Source: Clostridia bacterium
Lineage (GTDB): Bacteria; Bacillota; Clostridia; TANB77; CAG-465
Direction: 5' to 3'
DNA length: 64,000 nt
Assembly: GCA_029256705.1 (NCBI GenBank)
Contig: JAQSXK010000002.1
Coordinates: 55,542-119,541 of the forward strand
Part shown: in pieces, positions 48,225 through 58,236 of the stretch
How positions within the stretch are numbered: position 1 is the stretch's first letter
Layout of the letters: every line of letters starts with the position of its first letter
Program-made: the position numbers and the translations under genes
Notes under the pieces: generated by a model
What the model saw: only the letters and a program-made list of their open reading frames with translations
What the model was told of the DNA's origin: nothing
Databases searched by the model: none

Positions 48225-49949
48225 ATGCTTATTTTTATGGGAATCATCGGTGCTATACTTTTTATGTCTATTAACCCATTAAGGTGGAAAAATGATCTTA
48301 CAAAGGAAGAATTATTACCTATAATTCTAGAACAAGCTATACGGTTTATAGTAGGTGGCATTTGGTCATATATAGGTATATACTATGTACTTATTGATGC
48401 GACTTTTTCAGGTTTTGCCATCTGGTGGGCTTTGCCAATATTTATTGCCATTGTCATAGATGGATTTGTTATTAAAAATTCATATGATATTAAAAATTCA
48501 GAAACAATTGGTAAGATATGGCTAGGACTAGGAATATTAGGCTGCGTCATCTACATATTTATGATTACCATATATCCTGCATCAACAATGAAAGAACGTT
48601 ATAAATTTGTAAAAGAATTTGTAACTGTCACTCAAAGTAATATTCCTGATACAGATACAAATAATATAGGCATTGTATCTGAAAAAACTGCTAAACGTAC
48701 AGGTGGTATGTCACTATCCAATTTTGATAACTCATCAATGTACAAAGATGGTACCTATTCAAAACAAATAGTAAATAACGATACAAAATGGGTATCACCA
48801 ATTGAATTTGAAAGTAGTGTCAAGGCGATTGGAAGTGATAAAAAAACACCTGGTTATCTAATAGTTGACTCAAATAATCCAGATGAAAATGCAGTTTCAG
48901 TTAAATCTAATTATACTTATATGTCTTCAGCCGTATTTAGCAGAGACCTCGCTAGACTTGTTCACTTTAAGTATCCAACAAAAATAGTAATTGATTCATG
49001 GTTCGAATTAGATGATAACGGAAAAGGTAACTGTATAGTTGCCCTAGGACAGAAGAAATTTTTTAGATTTTTAAATGTTCAAGATTCCATTGCTATTGTT
49101 AATCCTGATACAGGAGAAATGACCAAATACAATATGGATGAAATTCCTGAGTGGGTAGATATAGCTTTTTCATCAAACCTTGCTGAAAAATATGCTAATA
49201 TCTATGGTGGAAATAGTAAAGGCTTCTGGGCTAGGTATTTTGCAGCATCAGATCAATTTAAACTTACAACATGGACATGGGAAACTGAAAACGGTAACAT
49301 TTCCGGTGATGATGCTTGGAGTATTATAACAGATTCAAACAATAACATGTGGTATACTTCAGACTGTGAAAATCTTAATAGTTCCAATAAAAGTATAGTT
49401 GGATATATTATGATTTCAACAAAAACAGGAAAAATTACTTATTACGATAAGGTAAGAGGAGTAAATGGAAAAGCCTTTGGAGAAAATGCCATTCAATTAT
49501 TTAAAGAAAAAGTTGGCTGGGTACCTGTAGAACCTACCATATACACTATATTTGAACAAATAACCTGGTACTCGACAATCGTTGATGAAAATGGTCAAAT
49601 TCAAAAATATGTATTAGGTAAAGTATCCAACGGAGAAATTGCTTACGGTGATACCTTCAACGGTGCAATTAATGCATATAAAAAACTATTATCTGCAGAT
49701 GGCCTTGTTACAGCACCTTCAGCTTCATCTGAAAGTAAAAAAGTAACTGGATTAGTTGAAAGAATTATTGTAGGAAATCCAACAAAAATCCTCATACAAA
49801 ATAGTGATAAAATTTTCGTTATTGAGAATGAAGTTTCGCCATATGCTCAATTTACAGTGAATGGCGATAATATTGAAATTTCGTATAACGATACAAATAG
49901 TACAGAAGTATATGCATACGAATTCTTCAACAAGTCTCTAAACAAATAA
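48225..49949 (+). CDS. large membrane-anchored protein with extracytoplasmic domain, hypothetical
   Basis: Four N-terminal TM helices followed by a soluble domain of about 450 aa with no recognised motif. Confidence 0.5.
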   Translation: MLIFMGIIGAILFMSINPLRWKNDLTKEELLPIILEQAIRFIVGGIWSYIGIYYVLIDATFSGFAIWWALPIFIAIVIDGFVIKNSYDIKNSETIGKIWLGLGILGCVIYIFMITIYPASTMKERYKFVKEFVTVTQSNIPDTDTNNIGIVSEKTAKRTGGMSLSNFDNSSMYKDGTYSKQIVNNDTKWVSPIEFESSVKAIGSDKKTPGYLIVDSNNPDENAVSVKSNYTYMSSAVFSRDLARLVHFKYPTKIVIDSWFELDDNGKGNCIVALGQKKFFRFLNVQDSIAIVNPDTGEMTKYNMDEIPEWVDIAFSSNLAEKYANIYGGNSKGFWARYFAASDQFKLTTWTWETENGNISGDDAWSIITDSNNNMWYTSDCENLNSSNKSIVGYIMISTKTGKITYYDKVRGVNGKAFGENAIQLFKEKVGWVPVEPTIYTIFEQITWYSTIVDENGQIQKYVLGKVSNGEIAYGDTFNGAINAYKKLLSADGLVTAPSASSESKKVTGLVERIIVGNPTKILIQNSDKIFVIENEVSPYAQFTVNGDNIEISYNDTNSTEVYAYEFFNKSLNK

Positions 49950-49957
49950 ATATTTTT

Positions 49958-49996
49958 AAAAAGAGTGGTATATTAATTTTATATACCACTCTTTTT
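49958..49996 (+). terminator. rho-independent terminator
   Basis: AAAAAGAGTGGTATAT-taatttt-ATATACCACTCTTTTT. Confidence 0.6.
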
Positions 49997-50142
49997 ATAC
50001 TTATATACTATAACATTATTTAGCTTATTATCTAATATTCCTGTCATATCTCTCTGACTATTTCTTAAATAATACTATTAATAATCATTATATTTGAAAT
50101 CAAGTTGTTATATATTCTCATAGAATCCAAACAATATTGCAA

Positions 50143-51078
50143 TTAAATAATTTTAAATAAATCTGTTGAAAGATATCTTTCACCTGTATCAGGCAATATT
50201 ACTACGATGTTCTTCCCTTTATTTTCAGATCTAATTGCAATTTTGGTAGCAGCAAAAAGTGCTGCACCCGATGATATACCTACTAATATTCCTTCATTTA
50301 ATGCAAGAAGTTTAGATGTCTCAAATGCTTCTTCATTACTTACTTTAAATACTTCATCAATTACTTCAATATTTAAAATATCTGGTACAAAACCAGCTCC
50401 AATTCCTTGTATTTTGTGAGGACCTTTGGTACCTCCGGATAAAACCGGTGAAGCAAGTGGTTCTACAGCAATAATCTGTATTTGTGGATTTTTTTTCTTT
50501 AATACTTCACCTACGCCTGTAATAGTTCCTCCTGTTCCTACTCCCGCTATAAAAATATCAATATTTTCATCTGTGTCATTTAAAATTTCGATAGCAGTTG
50601 TCTCTCTATGAACTTTTGGATTAGCAAGATTTTTAAATTGTTGAGGCATAAAAGAATTCGGTGTTTGAGCTAATAACTCTTCTGCTTTTTTTATTGCACC
50701 CCCCATACCATCCGGTCCAGGTGTTAAAACAAGTTCTGCACCCAATGCACGTAAAAAATCTCTTCTCTCAACACTCATTGTTTCAGGCATTGTAAGAATA
50801 ACTTTATACCCTTTTGATGCAGCAACAATTGCAAGACCAATACCAGTATTTCCACTTGTAGGCTCAATAATTACAGTATCTTTTTTTAATAGACCTTTTT
50901 CTTCTGCATCCTTAACCATTGCGTATGCAATTCTGTCTTTAACACTACCACCAGGGTTAAAATACTCAAGTTTGGCTATGATTTTAGCTTGTAAATTTAA
51001 TGCTTTTTCATAGTTATTGAGTTCAACCAAAGGTGTGTTACCAATCAATTGTGTTATACTACTAGCAATTTTTGACAT
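50143..51078 (-). CDS. cysK: cysteine synthase A (O-acetylserine sulfhydrylase)
   Basis: PLP-Lys motif [17 protein letters not shown] glycine loop, TSGNTG; start at the ATG at 51078 preceded by AGGAGGG. Confidence 0.9.
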   Translation of the reverse strand: MSKIASSITQLIGNTPLVELNNYEKALNLQAKIIAKLEYFNPGGSVKDRIAYAMVKDAEEKGLLKKDTVIIEPTSGNTGIGLAIVAASKGYKVILTMPETMSVERRDFLRALGAELVLTPGPDGMGGAIKKAEELLAQTPNSFMPQQFKNLANPKVHRETTAIEILNDTDENIDIFIAGVGTGGTITGVGEVLKKKNPQIQIIAVEPLASPVLSGGTKGPHKIQGIGAGFVPDILNIEVIDEVFKVSNEEAFETSKLLALNEGILVGISSGAALFAATKIAIRSENKGKNIVVILPDTGERYLSTDLFKII

Positions 51079-51462
51079 TATATCCCTCCTAAACATAATA
51101 TTATTTCGGAAACTCATGCTCCGAAATTATCAGGTCCTTTTAATAAATTTATACCATGATACACATAATATGAATAGATGTATATAAATATGCAGAATAT
51201 CTGTAAAAACACCACCTTCACTACTGAGGGAGCAAAAATTTACAGTAATAAGTGTGTTTATTATAATAAAAAAGATAGCCAATTTAACTTGACTATCTAT
51301 AATGTTAATTGTTTGTTAATCATATATGTACTATATAATAATTACACACTATACTTTACTATTTGATTTTTTAATTTTCAAAGATATCAATACTATTATT
51401 TAATCAATATTCTTTTATCTAAAATATAATTTCTAAACATTATATTCAATTTTATCAAAATT

Positions 51463-51790
51463 TTAAAAATCTTCATGTGTAGAATAAATTATATCTTTCT
51501 TTTTTAACTTTCTTTCATAAAGTTTTTCATAATCTTCTATTAATGCAATTGTGTTCTTCAATATTTCTTCCAAAGCTTCTTCTTTTGTTTTACCACATCC
51601 TGAAATACTATCAATTGTACCATCATTATGATTTTTTATTTGTATATTAGATACTCCAATATATCCACTAATCGCCTGTTCGAATATTTTTATTCTAAAT
51701 TTATCATAATGTAATTTATCATATGTCTATATTTCATATTCATCCACCAATTTCTTTATTGATCCAATATTGTCTATCTTAATATCTTTC
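51463..51790 (-). pseudogene. frameshifted HicB/UPF0150-like antitoxin fragment
   Basis: A reading frame with no ATG encodes ...GYIGVSNIQIKNHNDGTIDSISGCGKTKEEALEEILKNTIALIEDYEK..., resembling the HicB N-terminal domain; an adjacent frame carries a short N-terminal piece. Confidence 0.3.
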
Positions 51791-51817
51791 CAACTTTTCA
51801 AATAATCACCCTTTCAA

Positions 51818-52555
51818 TCATCGTATTCCAAACGAAATAATCTTTCCATCTTTAGTTATATCAATATATTTCCCAGATTTTTTATATCTTACAACACCTT
51901 CTGTTACTACTTGTACCAAACTTTTTTCTGCTCGCTTTAAATTTGATTGAAAACCAATTGCTTTGTTTATATAATTTTCTAAACTTGTTGCGCCCACTTC
52001 TGCTCCGTGCTTTTCAAAATGATACTTAACCGATTACTCAGCAGTTTTAAAACTTCCTTTTCCCCAACTGTTAATATTTACACTACAAGTATTATGAACT
52101 AAAACAGAATTTTTACTAACAAAATAAGTATGCCAATCTTCAACTTCAAAGTTATAGACTTTTATCTTATTTTTTTAAATGTTCGATAGATACTTTTTCT
52201 ATATAACTAATAGTATTTGAATATCCCGAGATTCTATCATTTTCCCTTAAGTTTTTTGCTTCTACCCAACCTTTATCTAATATCCAAAATGGGTGTTCTA
52301 AAGTTGTTTTTATTTCTTCTCCATTTATATATAAGTGTACCAAATTTTCAGTTTCATTAATAAATAAATTTTTTACTTTTTTTAGTCCTTTTTCTTTTGT
52401 GTCCGTATTTTCAGAGTATACCTCGTCTCCTACTATTATTTCACTTATTTGTTTATATCCGCTACTAGTTAATATTTTGGATTATTTAAAAAATAAGTAT
52501 ACATATTATTATTTGATAATGCTCCTAATACACATACTATTTCGTCAGCGTCCAT
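51818..52555 (-). pseudogene. disrupted polymorphic-toxin C-terminal cassette (PT-Hint domain plus CT toxin), multiple frameshifts/stops
   Basis: Minus-strand fragments translate to ...TLEHPFWILDKGWVEAKNLRENDRISGY... and KVYNFEVEDWHTYFVSKNSVLVHN (Hint C-terminal signature), followed in another frame by SVKYHFEKHGAEVGATSLENYINKAIGFQ... (CT toxin-like); no intact ORF of 60 aa or more. Confidence 0.5.
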
Positions 52556-52593
52556 AAATCACCGAATTCAGGGTTGTAATCTCAGAAATAGTA

Positions 52594-52821
52594 CTATTCG
52601 CTAATACTATACTTCTTAACTTCAGTTCTAAACATTAGTTTTCCGCAATATTGACATACTTGTGTGGATCCATCAACTATAAATTCTCTACCTCCACATT
52701 TTTCACTACATACTGCATATGCAATATATATATCTTTTGGAAATTCTATATTACTAACTTCCGGATATTCTTCTAGTGGATATGCCTCTGCTTCATAATT
52801 ACATTCTTTATTTATCTTCAT
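52594..52821 (-). CDS. small zinc-ribbon-like protein (CSEKCGG ... CQYCGK), hypothetical
   Basis: 75 aa with two Cys pairs (CSEKC, CQYC); located in the accessory region downstream of the toxin remnant. Confidence 0.35.
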   Translation of the reverse strand: MKINKECNYEAEAYPLEEYPEVSNIEFPKDIYIAYAVCSEKCGGREFIVDGSTQVCQYCGKLMFRTEVKKYSISE

Positions 52822-52894
52822 ATTAGTTTCCTCCTTGCTATGATATAGGTATAAGATTTCTTGATGTAAATAAATTACTATTCTTAAAAATTTC

Positions 52895-53305
52895 TTATTC
52901 TATATTAGCGATACTAATTTTCTCACATATTATACTTACAGTATCTCCTGAACTAAAAGTAAATAAAGTCGATATATACTTGTTTTCTGGATTTCTTTTA
53001 AACAATGAATATGGATATTGGCTTTTTTCTATTCCTTCAATATATAACAATTCTTTCATTTTCTTTTCGTCAGTTATCAACTCCCAATCTATTATCCTAT
53101 TATCACTATGACCCCAAAGTTCTATTCCTATAATCTCGCAATATATAACATTCTCAAACAACAAATCATAATTTTTATTTATAAATTCATTACATAATAT
53201 TATATCTATTTTTTTTGAACTATAATCGTATTTAAATGAATTTATATTTGAATCATGTAAATGTATACTTTCAACTTTTTCTCTACTATCATAATTAATA
53301 ATCAT
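52895..53305 (-). CDS. small cytoplasmic protein, candidate orphan immunity protein
   Basis: 136 aa, acidic, no TM, no catalytic motif; sits beside the polymorphic-toxin remnant and the tRNA. Confidence 0.3.
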   Translation of the reverse strand: MIINYDSREKVESIHLHDSNINSFKYDYSSKKIDIILCNEFINKNYDLLFENVIYCEIIGIELWGHSDNRIIDWELITDEKKMKELLYIEGIEKSQYPYSLFKRNPENKYISTLFTFSSGDTVSIICEKISIANIE

Positions 53306-53498
53306 TCTATCCCTCCTTAATTAAGATAAATTTAATTTTTAAAGTATATTTTAATTTTATCCTTATCGATAAATGTATTATATACCAATATTATGTATAA
53401 TTTTGTCGAAATATGTAATAATATATAAAGTTTATAAAAAATAAAATATTGGCATAGAAATATTTTTTAATATTTTCTATAAACTTTAAGATTAAATA

Positions 53499-53527
53499 TT
53501 GACAAATATAAGAATATATGTTATCAT
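53499..53527 (+). promoter_or_regulatory. sigma-A promoter (TTGACA-17-TATCAT) for tRNA-Leu
   Basis: TTGACA at 53499-53504, 17-nt spacer, TATCAT at 53522-53527; the tRNA starts 15 nt downstream. Confidence 0.45.
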
Positions 53528-53541
53528 ATTAGAGTATTAAT

Positions 53542-53626
53542 GCGAGTATGGCGGAACTGGCAGACGCGCCAGACTTAGAATCTGGTACCAACCGGTGTGG
53601 AGGTTCAAGTCCTCTTACTCGCACCA
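53542..53626 (+). tRNA. tRNA-Leu (anticodon UAG), class II with long variable arm, encoded CCA
   Basis: Acceptor GCGAGTA/TACTCGC, D-arm, anticodon stem CCAGA/TCTGG with loop CTTAGAA (anticodon TAG), long variable arm, T-arm GGTTCAAGTCC, discriminator A plus CCA. Confidence 0.9.
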
Positions 53627-53657
53627 ATATTAAGTAGCAATTATTTATTGCTACTTT
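53571..53657. repeat. direct repeat copy 1 (tRNA-Leu 3' half plus terminator hairpin)
   Basis: About 68 bp from the anticodon loop to 12 nt past the CCA match 55142-55209 with 3 mismatches; the downstream hairpin is also conserved in diverged form. Confidence 0.7.
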
Positions 53658-53668
53658 TTTATTTTGTA

Positions 53669-53697
53669 TTGACAAAATTTTAAGAACAATGTATACT
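53669..53697 (+). promoter_or_regulatory. sigma-A promoter (TTGACA-17-TATACT) for the island gene at 53804
   Basis: TTGACA at 53669-53674, TATACT at 53692-53697. Confidence 0.4.
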
Positions 53698-53803
53698 ATT
53701 GTTATAAAATATTGCAAATATTTATTTTTTATAATTTCATAAAAAAATATACCAAAAGTTGTAAAATACAGTATAGTTATAAGAAATATGAAAAGGAGTT
53801 TAT

Positions 53804-54724
53804 ATGGAATATGTAATTTTAGTATCTCTATGGATATATATATTTACTTTACTTTTTAAGTATCAGTTTCAACATAAAGTTAATAAAGACTTGACATACT
53901 ACAGAGAATATAAGTTTTTAGAACATTCGCCAATTTTTTGGTATTATTTATTAAACAAAAGATTAAATAATAATACCATAATTGCAACTATACTATACTA
54001 TTTAGTAAAAGGATACATCTCTATGGAAGTGATTTCAAATAACGGAGAAAAAGATTATGAATTTAAAATTGTAAAAGATTTAAATTCAATACCTGAGGAG
54101 GATAATATTTGTTTAAAAGTATTTTTTAATACAGAATTAGAGATAAATACAATAAAAAAATTAAGTGATTTTAACAAGATGCTGTTATGTGAAAAAACAT
54201 TTGGTCATATAAAAGATGTATATAAATCAATAATTAATGTAATAAAAGAGAAATTATTAAATGAGAATAAGATAAAACAAATATCAAGAAGACTTAATAT
54301 TATAAATATAATTTTATGTGCTGTAGTAGTAATACTTGCAAATTTATTTCGCTCAACTTCTTCGGCAATTTTAGATATATATGTAATGTTAGTTGGAATA
54401 AGTATATTCATTACCTTCTTAAAACGAAATTCGTGGTTAGCGGCAATATTGTATGGAATTATATGTCCTATGATTGTCTTGTATAATACTGATTACCATT
54501 ATTTTATTAGTAATTTAATCATACAATTATCTTGTATATTTTTAATATATGTAGATGACTTATTATTTAAAAGAATTAATTCAGATAATTTAGAAAGTAA
54601 AGCTTATGGATTAAAAAAATATATAACGGAATTTGCGATTTTTGAAGATAAACCGCTGGAGCAGATTGCACTTTGGGAAGAATTCTATGTATATGCGGTT
54701 GTATTTGGGGTGAAAAAAATATGA
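53804..54724 (+). CDS. membrane protein, DUF2207-like (island-borne paralog of 46833..47681)
   Basis: Several TM helices; C-terminal EQIALWEEFYVYAVVFGV resembles the DUF2207 C-terminal motif; shares YxRExxxxSP... pattern with the gene at 46833..47681. Confidence 0.45.
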   Translation: MEYVILVSLWIYIFTLLFKYQFQHKVNKDLTYYREYKFLEHSPIFWYYLLNKRLNNNTIIATILYYLVKGYISMEVISNNGEKDYEFKIVKDLNSIPEEDNICLKVFFNTELEINTIKKLSDFNKMLLCEKTFGHIKDVYKSIINVIKEKLLNENKIKQISRRLNIINIILCAVVVILANLFRSTSSAILDIYVMLVGISIFITFLKRNSWLAAILYGIICPMIVLYNTDYHYFISNLIIQLSCIFLIYVDDLLFKRINSDNLESKAYGLKKYITEFAIFEDKPLEQIALWEEFYVYAVVFGVKKI

Positions 54725-55077
54725 GTATATTAGATTTTATTTATATATTTTTTAGTACATATATGTTAATATGGATAGTATTGATTACTTATTATATTAA
54801 AATTTATAAATTATTTGATTCACTTTATATAAGTATTGTATTTAAAATTATAGGTGGATTATTATGTGCATTAATAATTGCTATTTTGACTAGCACTTTA
54901 ATTTATTTTGCATATTACGTAAAATCATTAGTCAGTGATTATATGTCTAACGTGGTTCTTTTATCAAGTTTACTATTTTCAATAATGTTATCGGTTGGTT
55001 GTTTAAATCTTCTTAAAAGAATATTTTATAAGCAAATAGTAACTGAATATAAAAGTATATATAGTAGGTCTATATAA
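54721..55077 (+). CDS. small polytopic membrane protein
   Basis: ATGA start/stop overlap with the upstream gene; four hydrophobic helices. Confidence 0.35.
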   Translation: MSILDFIYIFFSTYMLIWIVLITYYIKIYKLFDSLYISIVFKIIGGLLCALIIAILTSTLIYFAYYVKSLVSDYMSNVVLLSSLLFSIMLSVGCLNLLKRIFYKQIVTEYKSIYSRSI

Positions 55078-55141
55078 GAAGTATTAAATAAAGCTTTGTA
55101 GCAAGAGATATATTTTAAGTGTGTAAGAATTCCATACTCTA

Positions 55142-55228
55142 AGACTTAGAATCTGATACCAACCGGTGTGGAAGTTCAAGTCCTCTTACTCACACCAATA
55201 TTAAGTAGTAATGAATAATTACTATTTT
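55142..55228. repeat. direct repeat copy 2 (partial tRNA-Leu 3' half, candidate attR)
   Basis: AGACTTAGAATCTGATACCAACCGGTGTGGAAGTTCAAGTCCTCTTACTCACACCAATATTAAGTAG plus a hairpin; lacks the tRNA 5' half, so it is not a functional tRNA. Confidence 0.7.
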
Positions 55229-55247
55229 TTTATAAACATTTTTATTT

Positions 55248-55287
55248 AAAAAGAACGCAGTAACTTAATACTGCGTTCTTTTTTTAT
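55248..55287. terminator. strong bidirectional rho-independent terminator (downstream of glmU and of the island)
   Basis: AAGAACGCAGTA-acttaa-TACTGCGTTCTT followed by TTTTTTT and preceded by an A-run. Confidence 0.7.
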
Positions 55288-55297
55288 TTATTTTTTA

Positions 55298-56665
55298 TTA
55301 TTTTCTGCCTTCGTAGTAATTTTCTTTTATTTTAAGTTCTGCTCTAGTTAATGCTAATGCTTTACTTGGTACATCTTTGCATATAGTTGAACCAGCACCA
55401 ACAAGTCCTTTTTCTTCTACTGTAATAGGAGCTACAAGTACAGAGTTACATCCTATAAATGCATTATCTTTAATTGTTGTTCTATTCTTTTCCCATTTTG
55501 AATTCATATTTGCAGTTATTACACCACAAGCTATTTCTACATTATTCCCAACATCACTATCTCCTATATAAGATAAGTGTGGCACTTTTGTATTATTTCC
55601 AATATTAACATTTTTAGTTTCAACAAAACTTCCAATTTTAGAAGATTCGCCAATATTAGAATCTGGTCTTATATGTGCAAATGGTCCTATTATAGCATTG
55701 TCTGCTATCTTACTATAAGATATTTTACTTGTTTCAACCGTTACATGATTTCCTATTTCACTAGAAACTATTGTAGAGTTTGGTCCTATTATACAACCTT
55801 CACCTATTGTTGTTTTACCTTGTATGTTTGTTCCTGGATAAATAATAGTATCTTTTCCAATTTCAACATCTAAACTTATGTATGTATTACTTGGGTCTAT
55901 TAATGTAACACCATTATCCATATGTATTTCTCTTGTATTATGTAAAAGAGTTTTAGTTACTATAGATAAATCAGATCTTGAATTAATACCTTGTGTTTCA
56001 TCTGGATCTTGTATCATATATACACCAACTTTTCCACCTGCATTCATTATGTAGTATGGAATATCTGTTATATAATATTCTTTTTGTGCATTGTTATTAT
56101 TTAGTTTTGAAAAAGAATCTAATAAATATTTACCTTTAAAACAATATAATCCTATATTTACTTCTTCGATTTCAAGTTCATCTTCATTACAATCTTTTTG
56201 TTCCACTATTTTTGAAAAGTTTCCAGCTTTATCTCTTACTATTCTACCATAGTTTGGAGTCTTATCAAAAACCGCTGATGCTAAAGCACCATCGAAGTTT
56301 CCAAGTTGTAAAAAAGAAATAAAAGATTTTATAGTAAATGAAGAAATAAGTGGCATATCTCCATTTATAACTATAACTAAGTCATCTGCTTCTATATGTT
56401 CTTTAGCTTGCATAACTGCATGCCCTGTTCCAAGTTGTTCCTTTTGTAAAAAAAACTGAGCATTACCTTTACCAATATGTTCTATAACTTGTTCATATTT
56501 ATGTCCTACTATTATACTTATATCATCTACACCAGCTTGTTTACAAGAATCACATACGTAATCTATTATACATCTATCATAAACTTTGTGTAAAACTTTT
56601 GGAAGTTCAGATTTCATTCTAGTACCTTTTCCACCTGCAAGTATTACCGCTTTAACTTTATTCAT
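55298..56665 (-). CDS. glmU: bifunctional UDP-N-acetylglucosamine pyrophosphorylase / glucosamine-1-phosphate N-acetyltransferase
   Basis: AVILAGGKGTRMKS nucleotidyltransferase motif at the N-terminus; C-terminal left-handed beta-helix hexapeptide repeats; 455 aa. Confidence 0.95.
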   Translation of the reverse strand: MNKVKAVILAGGKGTRMKSELPKVLHKVYDRCIIDYVCDSCKQAGVDDISIIVGHKYEQVIEHIGKGNAQFFLQKEQLGTGHAVMQAKEHIEADDLVIVINGDMPLISSFTIKSFISFLQLGNFDGALASAVFDKTPNYGRIVRDKAGNFSKIVEQKDCNEDELEIEEVNIGLYCFKGKYLLDSFSKLNNNNAQKEYYITDIPYYIMNAGGKVGVYMIQDPDETQGINSRSDLSIVTKTLLHNTREIHMDNGVTLIDPSNTYISLDVEIGKDTIIYPGTNIQGKTTIGEGCIIGPNSTIVSSEIGNHVTVETSKISYSKIADNAIIGPFAHIRPDSNIGESSKIGSFVETKNVNIGNNTKVPHLSYIGDSDVGNNVEIACGVITANMNSKWEKNRTTIKDNAFIGCNSVLVAPITVEEKGLVGAGSTICKDVPSKALALTRAELKIKENYYEGRK

Positions 56666-56684
56666 TTAAAAAATCACTCCTTAA

Positions 56685-56722
56685 AAATATCTGTAAACCT
56701 AAATTAAGTTTACAGATATTTT
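56685..56722 (-). terminator. rho-independent terminator after rmuC
   Basis: AAATATCTGTAAAC ... GTTTACAGATATTT 14-bp stem; lies only about 20 nt upstream of the glmU RBS. Confidence 0.6.
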
Positions 56723-56787
56723 AACATATTATTCCCCTATTGTAAATAGAAAATCATAAATTTAAACGCGTCATGTGTATTTTTCAC

Positions 56788-58017
56788 CTATTCTTCTTCA
56801 TCTGAAGTTATGTCTTCTTCTAATTCTGAACTTTCCAACATATAGAATTGAGACTCATCTCCTATAGGTAACGCTTCTACTTTTCTAAGTTTCTTCTCGA
56901 TTGTGCGTGTTTTTCTAGAAGCAAGTTCCATTGTACCAGATATTTCTTGAAGTTTTTTATTTGTTTTATCTAATAAATCTCCAAATTTACTAAATTCAGA
57001 TTTCACCATACCAAGTAGTTGCCATACTTCACTTGATCTTTTTTCAATCGCAAGTGTTCTAAATCCCATTTGTAAACTATTAAGTAAAGCTACAAATGTA
57101 GTAGGTCCAGATACAACCACCCTATATTTTTGAGATAAAGTTTCACATAAATCAGAATTTTTAACTACTTCACAGTATAAGCTTTCTGTTGGTAAAAACA
57201 TTATACCAAAGTCAGTAGTATATGGAGTTTCAATATATTTATCCTGTATGTCTTTAGCAAATAATTTAACTGAATTTTCTAATTTTTTTCTAGATTCATT
57301 AACTAAGTTAACATCCCCTAACTCTTCTGCATCAATTAAACGAGTATAATCTTCTATAGGAAATTTAGAGTCTATTGGAAGTAATACAGTTTCATTTTCG
57401 TTTCTACCAGGTAGTTTAATGGCAAATTCAACAAAATCACTTGATTTTGGTTTAGTTTTAACACTTTTCAAATATTGATCCGCAGTTAAAAATTGATCTA
57501 GTATATTTCCTAATTGAATCTCTCCCCAGAATCCTCTAGATTTAACATTTGTAAATACTTTTTTTAAATCGCCAACACCTTGTGCTAAAGTTTGCATTTC
57601 TCCTAAACCTTTATATACAGATTCTAATCTATCATTAACCAATTTAAATGATTCTCCAAGTCTTTGTTCTAATGTATTATGAAGTTTCTCATCTACTGTA
57701 ACTCTCATTTTTTCTAATTTTTCACTATTATCTTTTTGAAGAATTATTAATCTATCTTCTACTGTTTTACGTATATTTTCAAGTTTAGTTTCATTCATAT
57801 TCGTTAAATTTGCAAGACCAACTTGTTGTATATTGGTTGTTTCAACTATTTTATTGCCTATATTTTTAGAAATTTCTTCTCTAGTTTGCATAAACATATT
57901 GGTTAATTCATTTCTAAATTCATTAGATAATGAACTTTTTTGTTTTTTAAAATTTAATACTATTAATACAATTAATAAAATTATAGTAATAGCGAGTAAT
58001 ATTATTGTTATATCCAT
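56788..58017 (-). CDS. rmuC: DNA recombination protein RmuC
   Basis: N-terminal TM, long coiled coil, then FWGEIQLGNILDQ, IDSKFPIEDY, MFLPTESLY, VVVSGPTTFVALLNSLQMGFR matching the RmuC core. Confidence 0.85.
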   Translation of the reverse strand: MDITIILLAITIILLIVLIVLNFKKQKSSLSNEFRNELTNMFMQTREEISKNIGNKIVETTNIQQVGLANLTNMNETKLENIRKTVEDRLIILQKDNSEKLEKMRVTVDEKLHNTLEQRLGESFKLVNDRLESVYKGLGEMQTLAQGVGDLKKVFTNVKSRGFWGEIQLGNILDQFLTADQYLKSVKTKPKSSDFVEFAIKLPGRNENETVLLPIDSKFPIEDYTRLIDAEELGDVNLVNESRKKLENSVKLFAKDIQDKYIETPYTTDFGIMFLPTESLYCEVVKNSDLCETLSQKYRVVVSGPTTFVALLNSLQMGFRTLAIEKRSSEVWQLLGMVKSEFSKFGDLLDKTNKKLQEISGTMELASRKTRTIEKKLRKVEALPIGDESQFYMLESSELEEDITSDEEE

Positions 58018-58236
58018 ATTTTTTCATTTCCTCTCATCGATTTATTATACCAAACAAAAGTTTATTTGTCAATCAAATTACTTAAATTTATTTTATATTT
58101 TTAATGTGATAATTTAATAATGAAACAAATATGAAATTTATTGTTTTTTTTGATGTTATTTTTAAAATACACTTGTTTTTTAAATATTTATGTTGTACAA
58201 TTATTATGTAAAATTATATATACGGAGGATAAAAAT

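Noticed and set aside
51178-51366. 62-aa plus-strand ORF upstream of cysK
   Set aside because: It lies in the cysK leader and accessory junk region with no RBS, a low-complexity sequence, and is likely non-coding
53529-53717. 62-aa minus-strand ORF from the six-frame track
   Set aside because: It runs antisense through tRNA-Leu (53542-53626) and its terminator, so it is a spurious ORF
55131-55215. Second tRNA gene
   Set aside because: Only the 3' half (anticodon loop to CCA) is present and there is no acceptor 5' strand or D-arm, so it is interpreted as an att-site remnant rather than a tRNA
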